From IMG/VR virus record IMGVR_UViG_3300042868_003730, positions 32,001-96,000 of that record: 64,000 nucleotides of DNA, one strand, 5' to 3'. A program made the position numbers and the translations under genes. Within the stretch, counting starts at the first letter, position 1. The number at the start of each line of letters is the position of its first letter. This DNA comes from a virus. The notes under the pieces were generated by a model, which did no database searches, was not told where the DNA came from, and was given only the letters and a program-made list of their open reading frames with translations. Shown here piece after piece: positions 45,745-56,600 of the stretch.

Positions 45745-47531
45745 CAAGTAAAAACATTAGAACCGATTCTCTTGATTTCGATGAGATCAAACAGAATATC
45801 AAGAACTTCCTTCGTGGTCAGTCTAAGTTTACTGACTATGATTTCGAAGGTTCTGCTCTTAGTATTCTGATTGATGTTCTTGCGTACAACACTCATTACA
45901 ACTCATTGTACACGAACCTTGCGGTCAATGAGATGTTCTTGGATAGTGCAAACAAGTATTCTAGTGTTGTGTCATTGGCGAAGAGTCTTGGTTACAATGC
46001 CAAGTCTATTACTAGTGCCAGAGCAAAAATCAATCTAACCATCACTACTAATACGTTTAGCACAAATACTTTAGTTCTTCCCGCAGGAACAGTATTCCGT
46101 GGTAAAGTAGGTGATGTTGAGTATGACTTCGTCGTAGAGAGTGATGTCAGTTCATCGGGATTTCTTACTGCAGATAACATTAATGGTGTGTATAGGTTCT
46201 TTGATGTAAGTTTGGTTGAAGGTTATAGACTCACCAAACAATACGTCGCGACTGCAACTGGATTTGATTTTGCTATTCCAAATAGATTGGCTGATCTTTC
46301 ATCGCTTCAGGTTAGCGTTCAAGATAATGCATCTTCATCAATCTATACTGGATTTGGTTTTGCAGCTGACACATTATCAGTTCAGGGTGACACCCCTGTA
46401 TATTTTATCAAACAAAGAGATGATCTTTATTACGAGATATTCTTTGGTAATGATGTAATTGGTAAGGCAGTCAATCCTGGTAATGTCGTTCACCTTAGTT
46501 ATTTGGTTAGTTCTGGCTCAGCTGCAAATGGTGCCAATAATTTCGTATACTCCCGTGGATTGAATCTTCCATCTTTGACATCAACTGTCGTAGAGTTAGT
46601 TTCTGCTGCTTATGGTGGAGCAGAAGAAGAAGATATTGATTCAGTTAGATTCAATGCCCCTCGCGCGTATGCCTCGCAGAACAGAGCTGTGACGGCTGAA
46701 GATTATAAGAATATCCTTTATACCAATTACCCATCCATTGAAACAATTGCTACCTGGGGTGGTCAGGAGAATTACCCTCCTGTATACGGAAAAGTTTATA
46801 TCTCCGCAAAACCATACGGTGCCAGTTCATTTACTGCTGCAGAAAAAGAAAGTATCATAAACTTTATAAAGAGAACCAAGTCTGTTGTGTCAGTTACTCC
46901 TGTGTTTGTTGACCCAGAGTTCCTGAGAATTGAACTTACCACAACAGTAAACTTCAATAGAAATGCTGCTCGCCGAAGTGTTGGTGAGATCCAGAGTCTT
47001 GTTGCATCGTCTCTCGTACAGTACGGTGATTCACTTGGTAAATTTGGGTCCAATTTTAGATATTCTAAGGTCGGTGCTTTGATTGATGGCGCAGATGATT
47101 CTATTACGAGCAATGAGACATCGGTTAAAATTAGACATACAATAAGTCCGTTGTATAATAAGAATGCAAGATACACAGTCCCATTCGATAACCCTATCTT
47201 CGATAATCCACTTGGTGGGGCATTCTTCTCAACGAGATTCTATATTCCAACAGTAGAAGATCGTTGTTATCTGTCAGATGATGGTGCGGGCAATATCGAC
47301 CTTTATTCAGAAACAATTGAAGGAACTCCTTCTAGAATTAGAACAGTTGGTAAAATTGAATACGTATCTGGGTTAATTGATGTATATGAATTAACGATCA
47401 GTGGATTACATGATACATTGTTTGAGTTCGTGGTAATTCCAGCGAAGAATGATATCTTTCCAACTAGAAAGTATATCATCCAAATGCCAGAAGAACTGTT
47501 AAATATCAGCATGCAAGTCGATAATACCTAA
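45741..47531 (+). CDS. 6: baseplate wedge gp6
   Basis: LDFDEIK, DYDFEGS, LAYNTHY, QNRAVTAEDY. Confidence 0.92.
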   Translation: MTSKNIRTDSLDFDEIKQNIKNFLRGQSKFTDYDFEGSALSILIDVLAYNTHYNSLYTNLAVNEMFLDSANKYSSVVSLAKSLGYNAKSITSARAKINLTITTNTFSTNTLVLPAGTVFRGKVGDVEYDFVVESDVSSSGFLTADNINGVYRFFDVSLVEGYRLTKQYVATATGFDFAIPNRLADLSSLQVSVQDNASSSIYTGFGFAADTLSVQGDTPVYFIKQRDDLYYEIFFGNDVIGKAVNPGNVVHLSYLVSSGSAANGANNFVYSRGLNLPSLTSTVVELVSAAYGGAEEEDIDSVRFNAPRAYASQNRAVTAEDYKNILYTNYPSIETIATWGGQENYPPVYGKVYISAKPYGASSFTAAEKESIINFIKRTKSVVSVTPVFVDPEFLRIELTTTVNFNRNAARRSVGEIQSLVASSLVQYGDSLGKFGSNFRYSKVGALIDGADDSITSNETSVKIRHTISPLYNKNARYTVPFDNPIFDNPLGGAFFSTRFYIPTVEDRCYLSDDGAGNIDLYSETIEGTPSRIRTVGKIEYVSGLIDVYELTISGLHDTLFEFVVIPAKNDIFPTRKYIIQMPEELLNISMQVDNT

Positions 47532-47533
47532 AC

Positions 47534-49273
47534 ATGGATGCATTAATCAATAGTACTGCTGTAGTAGCAGCAGTACTTTCTAAACAAGTTGCTCTTGCAT
47601 CTTCTATTGATGCTTCTGCGATTGCATCACCACCGCTGTCTAAACAAGTTGCTCTTGCATCTTCTATTGGTGCTTCTGCTTTAATATCAGGGAACATTTC
47701 TTCTGGTGTTGCAGTATGTACCGTCAATATAGTAGCTAACCTTAATGTTACTGTAGTTATTGGCACTATTCCTGCACGATCTTCTATCAAATGTATTAGT
47801 TCTGCAGCAGGAAATCTTTCTGTAATAAGAAAACGTGATATCAATGATGTTCTTCCTGCCCATCTAGTTGAACAACAGTTTCCTTCATTCATTCGTGATG
47901 ACTATCCAAAGATGGTCGAGTTCACTAGAGCCTATTATGACTTTATGGCTCAGACTGAGAATGGACGGATAGAGAATCTTAGAAATATCGATGAGACCTC
48001 AGGTGATTATCTTAATCACCTACAGAATGAATATCTGTATAATGCAGCGAAACCTAATTTTGAACAGGACTTCGCTGCTGAAGATTTCATTAGATATTCT
48101 AGGCAGTTCTATGCTGCCAAAGGAACTGAAGAATCAATTAAGTTCTTATTCCGCGCTCAGGCAAATAAAGAAATTGAAATTGAATATCCATCTGAACTGA
48201 TATTCAAACCATCAACTGCGCGTTGGTACCAAGAGCAGTCAATTAAAGTATCAATTACTGAGAATTCGAATTCTATTCCTGCTACTTATTTTATTGGTGG
48301 GTATTTAACTATCAGAAATAACAACGGCGAAGAACAGACAATTGAAATATCTAATGTTATTGATTTAACGCAAAAAGTAGCATCTACTGATTTATCTACA
48401 GAATTTGAGATATTCTTTACAACAGAATTGATTATTGATATTCAAGTTGGTAATGAACTTTTCGCGACCAACTTTTCCGCAACAATTACACCATCTATCT
48501 CAGAAGTTGACATTATTAATGCAGGAAGTAATTTTAGAGTTGGTCAGGTAGTTAAACTTGATGGTGTCACTGGATCTGGCGCAGTTGCTGTTATTACAAA
48601 AGTGCTTGAAGGCGGCGCAATTCGAAATCTCAAACTTATTAAGTTTGGTTCTAGTTATGTTACTAACTTCTACCTTGGTATTGAGCCGGAGGGTGTGTTT
48701 ACTAATACAGGTGCATCATTCACTGTTCCTAGTATTGATGGTGTTATTGCTACTACTAATCGTGCTCTCACAGACGTGACAGAAGGGTTTTTAGAATCAA
48801 AATCTATCTTAAGATCAGATTATGTTCTTAATGATTCTCCGGATGCATTTCCTTTCTATGCGTATCCTGGCTATGACGGTAAGTATGTTTCGCAATCATC
48901 TAACAGACAGGTATTTTACCTTGAGGAAAATTACTCTGCGTTGTTATTATGTAAAATTGGAGCGGTCTGTAAATATCCAGGAAAATATCTAGACCAGACT
49001 GGAATGCCATCTAACGATAGCGTTCTGCAAGATAATAATTACTATCAAGATTTCTCTTATGTAATTAAATCTACTCTTGATATTGAGAACTATAGAGATA
49101 CGATTACAGCTCTGGCGCACCCAGCTGGGTTCAAGATGTTCGGTGAACTATCAATTGAAAATGAGTTCTATAGTGACACTACAGCTGGGGAAGCTACTGT
49201 CAACTCATTTGTTGATCCAGCTAGTTTTATAAATGTGAGTGTTACTGTTGCAGCTACTCTTAGTGTTGTCTAA
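47534..49273 (+). CDS. 7: baseplate wedge gp7-like
   Basis: QFPSFIR, FY.AKGTEESIKFLFR, LQDNNYYQDFSYV, HPAGFKMFG. Confidence 0.75.
   Translation: MDALINSTAVVAAVLSKQVALASSIDASAIASPPLSKQVALASSIGASALISGNISSGVAVCTVNIVANLNVTVVIGTIPARSSIKCISSAAGNLSVIRKRDINDVLPAHLVEQQFPSFIRDDYPKMVEFTRAYYDFMAQTENGRIENLRNIDETSGDYLNHLQNEYLYNAAKPNFEQDFAAEDFIRYSRQFYAAKGTEESIKFLFRAQANKEIEIEYPSELIFKPSTARWYQEQSIKVSITENSNSIPATYFIGGYLTIRNNNGEEQTIEISNVIDLTQKVASTDLSTEFEIFFTTELIIDIQVGNELFATNFSATITPSISEVDIINAGSNFRVGQVVKLDGVTGSGAVAVITKVLEGGAIRNLKLIKFGSSYVTNFYLGIEPEGVFTNTGASFTVPSIDGVIATTNRALTDVTEGFLESKSILRSDYVLNDSPDAFPFYAYPGYDGKYVSQSSNRQVFYLEENYSALLLCKIGAVCKYPGKYLDQTGMPSNDSVLQDNNYYQDFSYVIKSTLDIENYRDTITALAHPAGFKMFGELSIENEFYSDTTAGEATVNSFVDPASFINVSVTVAATLSVV
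47579..47680 (+). repeat. 60-bp-period direct repeat in the gp7 5' end
   Basis: TCTAAACAAGTTGCTCTTGCATCTTCTATTG occurs twice, 60 nt apart. Confidence 0.85.
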
Positions 49274-49301
49274 ATAATACACAAATCTAATTCAAATAAT
49301 T

Positions 49302-49991
49302 ATGCAATTACAAGATACATTCAAAGTCACGGGAAATATTGTTCTGCGTCGATATGATGAGAATGGTATTCTTAATCTCGAGCGTGAACACAAGAATCTA
49401 GTTGTTACGACTGGCAAGGAACTAATTGCATCCAGATTAGCCTCTGATACACGCCCTGCTATTACGATTACTGCTACAGCGGGAACTAGCACAGAAGCGA
49501 CCATTACATACGCTACACAATTAGTTGTTCCGTATGAAGTTGGTACATACATATCCATTAGTGGCGTTGATCCTGTAGGATATAATGGAACATATAGAGT
49601 AAAGACAGCAACCACGACACAGATTACCTTTGATAGTACCACGACTGGGTCAATGGTAACTGCTGGTATTATCAATTCATTGTTTAATGATACAATCAAA
49701 ACAATGAGAATTGGTGAGAATACTACAGTGGCTAATCTTAGCGATATTGCCTTGGCGACTCAAGTAGGTTCTGTTAGTCTTTTCTCAAGTGCGTTTAGTA
49801 ATGCCAATGGAACAGCAGATGTTGTTTATATTGCTTTGTTTCCTGCAGGAACTGGCACCAGTACAGCTGGAATTGCTGAGGCTGCTTTGATGAATAGTAG
49901 TAATAAAATGCTTTGTAGAACAGTATTCCCTCTTGTCACAAAGGCAGCAGGAGAATCCCTGGCAATCTTCTGGACAGTAACTATAAACTAA
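49302..49991 (+). CDS. baseplate/fibre attachment protein
   Basis: KNLVVTTG...IAEAAL...MLCRTVFP...WTVT. Confidence 0.6.
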   Translation: MQLQDTFKVTGNIVLRRYDENGILNLEREHKNLVVTTGKELIASRLASDTRPAITITATAGTSTEATITYATQLVVPYEVGTYISISGVDPVGYNGTYRVKTATTTQITFDSTTTGSMVTAGIINSLFNDTIKTMRIGENTTVANLSDIALATQVGSVSLFSSAFSNANGTADVVYIALFPAGTGTSTAGIAEAALMNSSNKMLCRTVFPLVTKAAGESLAIFWTVTIN

Positions 49992-49995
49992 TAAG

Positions 49996-52900
49996 ATGTC
50001 ATCAATAATCACACACCAATTAAGAAGAGCCATCGCTGAGGCTATCTATGATGATATCTTCTCAAGAAGAAACAATTATTACTATGTTTTTGGGCGATAC
50101 CTAGACTCGGAAACAGTTCCTACTGATCCCCAGAACACTCTAGAATATGAGACGACAATGCGAAATCACATTGTCGCAGCCAAGAAAGTATATGTCTCAG
50201 ATGTAGCATTTATTGTTCCAAGGTTCAATTGGGTTAGTAACTCGTCATACCCGAAATATACCACATTGATGAATGGAAATGTAACAAAAGATAATGTAGT
50301 TAATGTTACTGACCTCTCCATAGGAGCAACAGCAACTATTCTTACTGTTGGCACCACAAACTTCGTTGCTATCGGAGCAATCAATAACAATATCGGTACA
50401 ACATTCACTGCTACTGGATCAGGGACAGGTACTGGTACAGTTACTTCTTCTGGTCCTGCATTTTATGTATATGATGATATAAACTATAGAGTCTACAAGT
50501 GCATCAATAACAATAATGGTGTCGGTGCTTCTACTATCCGTCCAACCAGTACAGAAGCATTTGATGTTACGTATTCTGATGGATATACTTGGCGCTATAT
50601 GTATAGCATTCCGAAATCTCTCAGGAATAAATTTGTAACAGCAACACACATCCCTGTGTTCACTGCTCTTCAGAAACGATATTATTCTGATGGTGGTATT
50701 GGTGATATTACAATCGTTAAGGCAGGGGCTAACTACACACAGGCAACTTCAGTAATTACTGTTTCTGGAGATGGTTCCGGAGCAGTATTAACTCCTGTTA
50801 TTGTAAATGGCCAGCTTGGTGATATTATCGTAAACAATCCAGGTCGAGATTATACCAGAGCAGTTATTTCTATTTCTGACAGTGGATCTGGATCAGGTGC
50901 CGAGGCAGTTGCTGAATTAAACACAGGTGATCTGGATAGTGATCAGGCACTTGTTGAACTATTAACTGTCGGTGGAACAGTTGACAGCGCCGAAGTAATA
51001 AATGGTGGTTCTGGTTATGTTACTGCCGCTGTCCAAGTCATCGGTGATGGTACTGGAGCTATTGCACAGGCAGATATATTTGGTGGAGTAATCACAAAAA
51101 TCCGCATCACTAGCAAAGGAAAAGGTTATTCCTACGCTTCATTAGTAATTACACCACAGAATATTCCTGCTATTACAACAGCAGCAACAGCTCGAGTTAA
51201 TGTATCGTCATTCCTTGGTCACGGCAGAAATGCAGTTTATGAGTTATTTGCTGACCAACTGATGTTCTATTCGAATATCACTTCAGATAGACTTGCTGAT
51301 TTTGATGTTGTTACTCCATATAAGCAATTCGGTATTATGAAGAATATTCGTAATCTTGAATATACATCAAATATCTATGACCAAGTATCTCCGAACAGGT
51401 ATCAGGTTGAGGCTGACTTTGGACCACAGGTATTATTCGTCGGTGGCGGTGGTACTGGTGCAAAAGGACGAGTCAACGTAACTGGTAATTTTGTTTCAGA
51501 TGTGAAGATCGAAAGTGCCGGAGCAGGATATTCTTCTACACCAACAGTAACTTTTAGTGGTACTGGTTCTGGTGCTACTGCAGTAGCTACTATTGATGCA
51601 AAACTAAACACCGCGACATTGAGTTATGGTGGTGTTGGATACGCATCTCCTCCAGGAGTCGCTTTATCTGCAGCCCAGGGTTTCGGTGGTGTAATTACTG
51701 CGACCACTACTCTTGGTGTTGGTGCTGTTGTTATTACTAACCAAGGCAGTGCTTATGCTACTGCGCCTACTGTTGGGTTCACTGGTGGAACTGGAGTAGC
51801 AGCAACTGCCACTGCAGTTATTGCTGATGGTAAAGTAGTTAAGATTATTATTACGAATCCAGGACAGTATTCTGTAGTTCCTACTGGAGTCACTTTCTCT
51901 GGCGGCGGTGCAGCAGCTGGAACAGTTGTTCAGACGTTTACTACTAATTCACTGACAGTTAGTAAGGTCGGTTCAGGATATCAACAAAATCCAACATTGA
52001 CATTTAATGGTTCATGTGGTATATCTGATATTATTGTAAACGATCCAGGATACTTATTCACTGCTGGTTCTAATCCTGCATTGACATTTACTGGCGGTGG
52101 TGGAAATGGATTAGCAGCAACTGCTTACGTTAATGACTGCATTAGAAGCGTAACAATTACAAATTCTGGAACTGGTTATTATCAGGCTGGAGCATTGATT
52201 CCGACCACGACGTTTACGACGATATCTGGAGTTAAACTAACAACCGCTACTGTTAGTAGCGCAACAGTAAGACAAAAATCGTCCAGTGGTTCTGGAACTG
52301 GTGCTACTTTCACCATTACGACGACTGGTTCTGGAGCTACGTATACTGGTGTCACGACCATTACTCTTGCGATTAATGGTTCTGGATATGCTCTTACTGA
52401 TACAGTAACTATTAGTGGCGCTGCTCTTGGTGGTCTAGATAGCGTCAATGATTTGACATTCACAATTGCTACTGCAGTTGGTGCTTTGCCAGTAGTTACA
52501 TTCGGAGGAGCTGGTGGTGCGACAGCAACAGGAACTGCAGTTGTTTCTGGTGGCGGAGTAGTAGGAATCACTATTACCAATAGAGGGACTGGATATACAT
52601 CAGGTTCAGTTACAATTGCTGCACCAAGCAGTGGAACTACTGCGACAGCCAATGTCTCTGTTGGTAGTGGTATTAGTCATATCAATATTACCAATCCAGG
52701 AACTGGATACACAGCATTACCTACAATAACAGTAGCCAATAATGGAACTAGAGATGGTTTCCAATTAACTCCTGTGCTCGGAAAAGGAATTGGTTCCACT
52801 ACAGTAACTGGCATCTTAAAAACAATTACACTGACAGGCAATGGTAGTGGGTATACTTCTGCCCCGACTGTTGTGTTGAGTGGTGGTTCACCAAGTACGG

Positions 52901-53670
52901 CAGCAGTTGCTTATTCGAAAGTAGTTGGAGCAGTTACATCTATTACAGTGGATGATGGCGGCGCTGGATATAGTAGTAGCCCATCAGTTATTATTTACGG
53001 TGGTGAAGGGATTGGGGCATCATATGTGGCCAATATCAATACCAGCACTGGTACAGTTACTACTTGCACCAAAGTAAGGGGTGGGAGTAATTATGTAATT
53101 ACCAAATTTGCTGATTTTACTATCGGCACATTATTGGTTGATGAACTGTTGAATGAGTATAATGTATACTCTGCCAAAACTAATATTGATAATAGTTCAC
53201 TTATCATAACATCAAATAATGGTTACCCAGTAGTCGGTAGAATGAAGATTCGTAAGAAGAATGCCTCTGACTATTTTATCACCAATACAGCACTGAGTCA
53301 GAAGTTCTTGGAATCGCGTTTTCCTGTTGCTTGTTATAAAGTTCGTGGTAATTTTACTTTAGGTAATTATCCGGCGAATACTACTGTGACATTAAGTGAC
53401 CAGGTAAATGGTACTAAGACATTCATTGTTATCTCATCAAAATACTATGATGTTGGTGTTAACGAAATGTTGTTATTGCCTATCGATGGAGGCACCCTAA
53501 ATAATGGTATGACGCTAACAAATGGGTCAAATCCTTTCTCGGTACTATCTTACGATGAGCCTGCACTGGATAGAAGAACTGGTGATGTATTAATGATAGC
53601 AAACAACTCATCTTCTTTTACTCAGAATGCCGACCAAACTCTTTCATTCAGAACTATCATAAATTTCTAA
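49996..53670 (+). CDS. 8: baseplate wedge gp8-like, expanded by repeats
   Basis: VPRFNW, YRVYKCI.N, DGYTWRYMY, many GxGY modules, GDVLMI.N. Confidence 0.75.
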   Translation: MSSIITHQLRRAIAEAIYDDIFSRRNNYYYVFGRYLDSETVPTDPQNTLEYETTMRNHIVAAKKVYVSDVAFIVPRFNWVSNSSYPKYTTLMNGNVTKDNVVNVTDLSIGATATILTVGTTNFVAIGAINNNIGTTFTATGSGTGTGTVTSSGPAFYVYDDINYRVYKCINNNNGVGASTIRPTSTEAFDVTYSDGYTWRYMYSIPKSLRNKFVTATHIPVFTALQKRYYSDGGIGDITIVKAGANYTQATSVITVSGDGSGAVLTPVIVNGQLGDIIVNNPGRDYTRAVISISDSGSGSGAEAVAELNTGDLDSDQALVELLTVGGTVDSAEVINGGSGYVTAAVQVIGDGTGAIAQADIFGGVITKIRITSKGKGYSYASLVITPQNIPAITTAATARVNVSSFLGHGRNAVYELFADQLMFYSNITSDRLADFDVVTPYKQFGIMKNIRNLEYTSNIYDQVSPNRYQVEADFGPQVLFVGGGGTGAKGRVNVTGNFVSDVKIESAGAGYSSTPTVTFSGTGSGATAVATIDAKLNTATLSYGGVGYASPPGVALSAAQGFGGVITATTTLGVGAVVITNQGSAYATAPTVGFTGGTGVAATATAVIADGKVVKIIITNPGQYSVVPTGVTFSGGGAAAGTVVQTFTTNSLTVSKVGSGYQQNPTLTFNGSCGISDIIVNDPGYLFTAGSNPALTFTGGGGNGLAATAYVNDCIRSVTITNSGTGYYQAGALIPTTTFTTISGVKLTTATVSSATVRQKSSSGSGTGATFTITTTGSGATYTGVTTITLAINGSGYALTDTVTISGAALGGLDSVNDLTFTIATAVGALPVVTFGGAGGATATGTAVVSGGGVVGITITNRGTGYTSGSVTIAAPSSGTTATANVSVGSGISHINITNPGTGYTALPTITVANNGTRDGFQLTPVLGKGIGSTTVTGILKTITLTGNGSGYTSAPTVVLSGGSPSTAAVAYSKVVGAVTSITVDDGGAGYSSSPSVIIYGGEGIGASYVANINTSTGTVTTCTKVRGGSNYVITKFADFTIGTLLVDELLNEYNVYSAKTNIDNSSLIITSNNGYPVVGRMKIRKKNASDYFITNTALSQKFLESRFPVACYKVRGNFTLGNYPANTTVTLSDQVNGTKTFIVISSKYYDVGVNEMLLLPIDGGTLNNGMTLTNGSNPFSVLSYDEPALDRRTGDVLMIANNSSSFTQNADQTLSFRTIINF

Positions 53671-53671
53671 T

Positions 53672-56600
53672 ATGACAACATACAACCGCGACCCATACTT
53701 CGACGATTTTGACAAAACAAAGAATTTCGTCAAGATCCTGTTCAAACCTGGTGTCTCTGTTCAAGCGAGAGAGTTGACTCAGCTGCAGACAGCGATTCAG
53801 GAACAAATTAAATCGATCGGTGGTTTCCTCTTTAAGAATGAATCACTGGTCACTGGTGGTAATAGCAGAACATTCTCTGCTATTTGGATCGATGTTGCAT
53901 CAACTGATCTTTCTGACTATGTGACCAAGACATTCGTCGGCGCAAGTAGTCGCGCAAAGGCACAAGTTATTTCGTATAAGAATAACGTATCTTCTGGTGT
54001 TTCTAGGCTGTATTTTGTCTATAAGAATGGATACAGATTCCAGAAATCTGAGTCGTTGAGTGAGGATGTTCTTTCACCATCAGTTGCCCCAGTAGTAACA
54101 ACGAATAGCGACACCAATACTGGTAGCGCTATGGCGTACACGATCTCTGAGTCTGTGTTTTTCGTCAAAGACTATTTCGTTGTTTGCTCTGAGCAAACTA
54201 TTATTATTTCTGAGAACGCAACTCCGAGCGTAAAGATCGGTCTTACTGTTACTGAAGATATTGTTACGTATCAGGATGATGCAACACTGTTGGACCCAGC
54301 AACTGGTTCATACAACTACGCAGCACCAGGTGCTGATCGTGTCGCTATTAGCCTTGATCTAGTTACACATGCTCTGGATCCACTGGCAGATACAGATGCT
54401 GAGTTTATGATCGAGAACACTGAAGATAACTTCATTGAACTTGCTCGATATAAAGATGGTGTACTAATTAAGAGTTTGACTAGCCCAACTCTCGGTGCTC
54501 TTGAGGGAGTTCTCGCAAGAAGAACGTATGATGAATCAGGTGATTACACTGTTCGTGCGTTTAAGACTAAAGTTACAGACAATGTCAAGAAAGATTCTTC
54601 TAAATTAAGTCTGGCCATTGAACCAGGTAAAGCCTATGTTAAAGGCTATGAGTTCGAGACTACCTCAACTCTTTTCCTTGACTTAGAAAAAGCAAGAGAC
54701 ACGAATTTCATCAATAACTTCTATGGTGAAGCAGCATTCGGTGATTACTTTATTATTGAACACCCAACTGGTGCGCTTATTGATTATACTGCCAATCCAG
54801 AAATCAATTTAGTTAATTCATCGGTGGCAGTTATTGGTACTGCCAGAGTTAGGTATGTTTCTAGACATTCTGCGAATAGATTAAAGTTATACGTTTACAA
54901 TGTAAAATTCACTACGAGTTCTATTTCTGCAGTAACCACAGTTAAAAATGGATCATGGACTGCTAATGTTGATGGGGCAGCGAACGCAAATAAATTATAT
55001 CGCGGAAAAAACTTACAATATATTGTTCCTTTCACGCGCAGTCCAATTAAATCAGTGACTGATATTAGTTATACTTCACAGGTTGCAGTCAGCAACATAG
55101 CAACGGCTACTACATTAAGTTCACCAACATCATTAAGTGCAGGTAAAACTTATTCATCTAGTAACCCAGATGATTATATTGTTGTCAAGAGTGATGGTTC
55201 CGTTGCAACTGGGTTCACAGTTACAACCAGCGGAGGTCAGACGTTCATTTTGACTGGTACATTTACCAATGCGGCGACATACTCAGTTTATGCTAAGATT
55301 GCAGTTTCTACGCCAACAGTTAAGTCTAAAGTAAAGACAGCTGCTACTGTAACTGCCACAAATAGCAACGGCAACATCTCTCTTGGTGTGGCTGATGTTT
55401 ATAGAATTGTTTCCATCTACGCAAGCAGCACGGATGGAAGTTTGACATTAGATATTACTGGTAGATATAAACTGAATCGTGGTCAGAAAGATACTCATTA
55501 TGATTACAGCACACTTGTTCTGACAACTGGTCAACAAGCAGCCAATTTAACTACGTATCCGCGACTTGTCATAACTCTTGAGTATTTCGTTTCTGCGCAG
55601 ACCAATGGTTATTTCACAATTGACTCATACAATACTACTACAACAGATACAAGTCTGTTAGTTCCGTATGAGAAGATTCCATCATTCACAGGTTCAAATG
55701 GTGCGGTAGTTTCATTACGTGATGTTATTGACTTCAGATCTGTGCGTGCTAATGTTTCTGGATTCCCAGGATCATTAGGGACTCCTATTCCTTCCAGCGA
55801 TAACACAAGTATTGTTGGTAATGAATTCATCACTCCATCGAGTAACATCACTTCTGACTTTGAGTACTACCTTCCTAGAGTTGATAAACTAATTATCACC
55901 AAGGAAAAGAAGTTCGACCTTATTCAAGGCAATTCTTCAGAAATCCCGCAAATTCCATCTGATATTTCAGATGCGATGACGATCTATACAGTAGAGATTC
56001 CTGCCTATACGTTTAGTGCTGCTGAAGTTAAATTGAACTATATTGAGAATCGCCGTTATACAATGCGCGATATCGGTAAGATTGATAAACGAGTAGATCG
56101 TCTTGAGTATTACACATCGATGAGTTTGCTTGAGAAACAAGCATCAGATGAAGTAATTGTTAATGCAACTGGTATTGACAAGTTCAAGAATGGTATTCTG
56201 GTTGATCCATTTGCTGGTCACGGAGTTGGTGACGTTGGCTCTGCTGATTACTCCTGCTCTATTGACGTAGCGAATAGAACTCTTCGTCCGAGATTCGCAT
56301 CTGATTCATTCACGTTTGACGTAAACTTATCAGAGACTAGCGGAGCAAATTATTCGAGGAAAGATGATCTAATCACTCTTCCATATTCAACGGAATTTTA
56401 TGTTTCAAATAACCAGGCTACTAACTGGCAAAACCTAAACCCATATGCAGTGTTCTCATGGGATGGTGAGATTAAGTTAATGCCTGCAACTGATACTTGG
56501 ACCGATACAACTACCCGTCCAGATGTTGTTATTAACATAAATGGAGACAAAGACGCATTCACCATTATGGCTGATGACGTCGCCAACCCTGCATCAGTTG

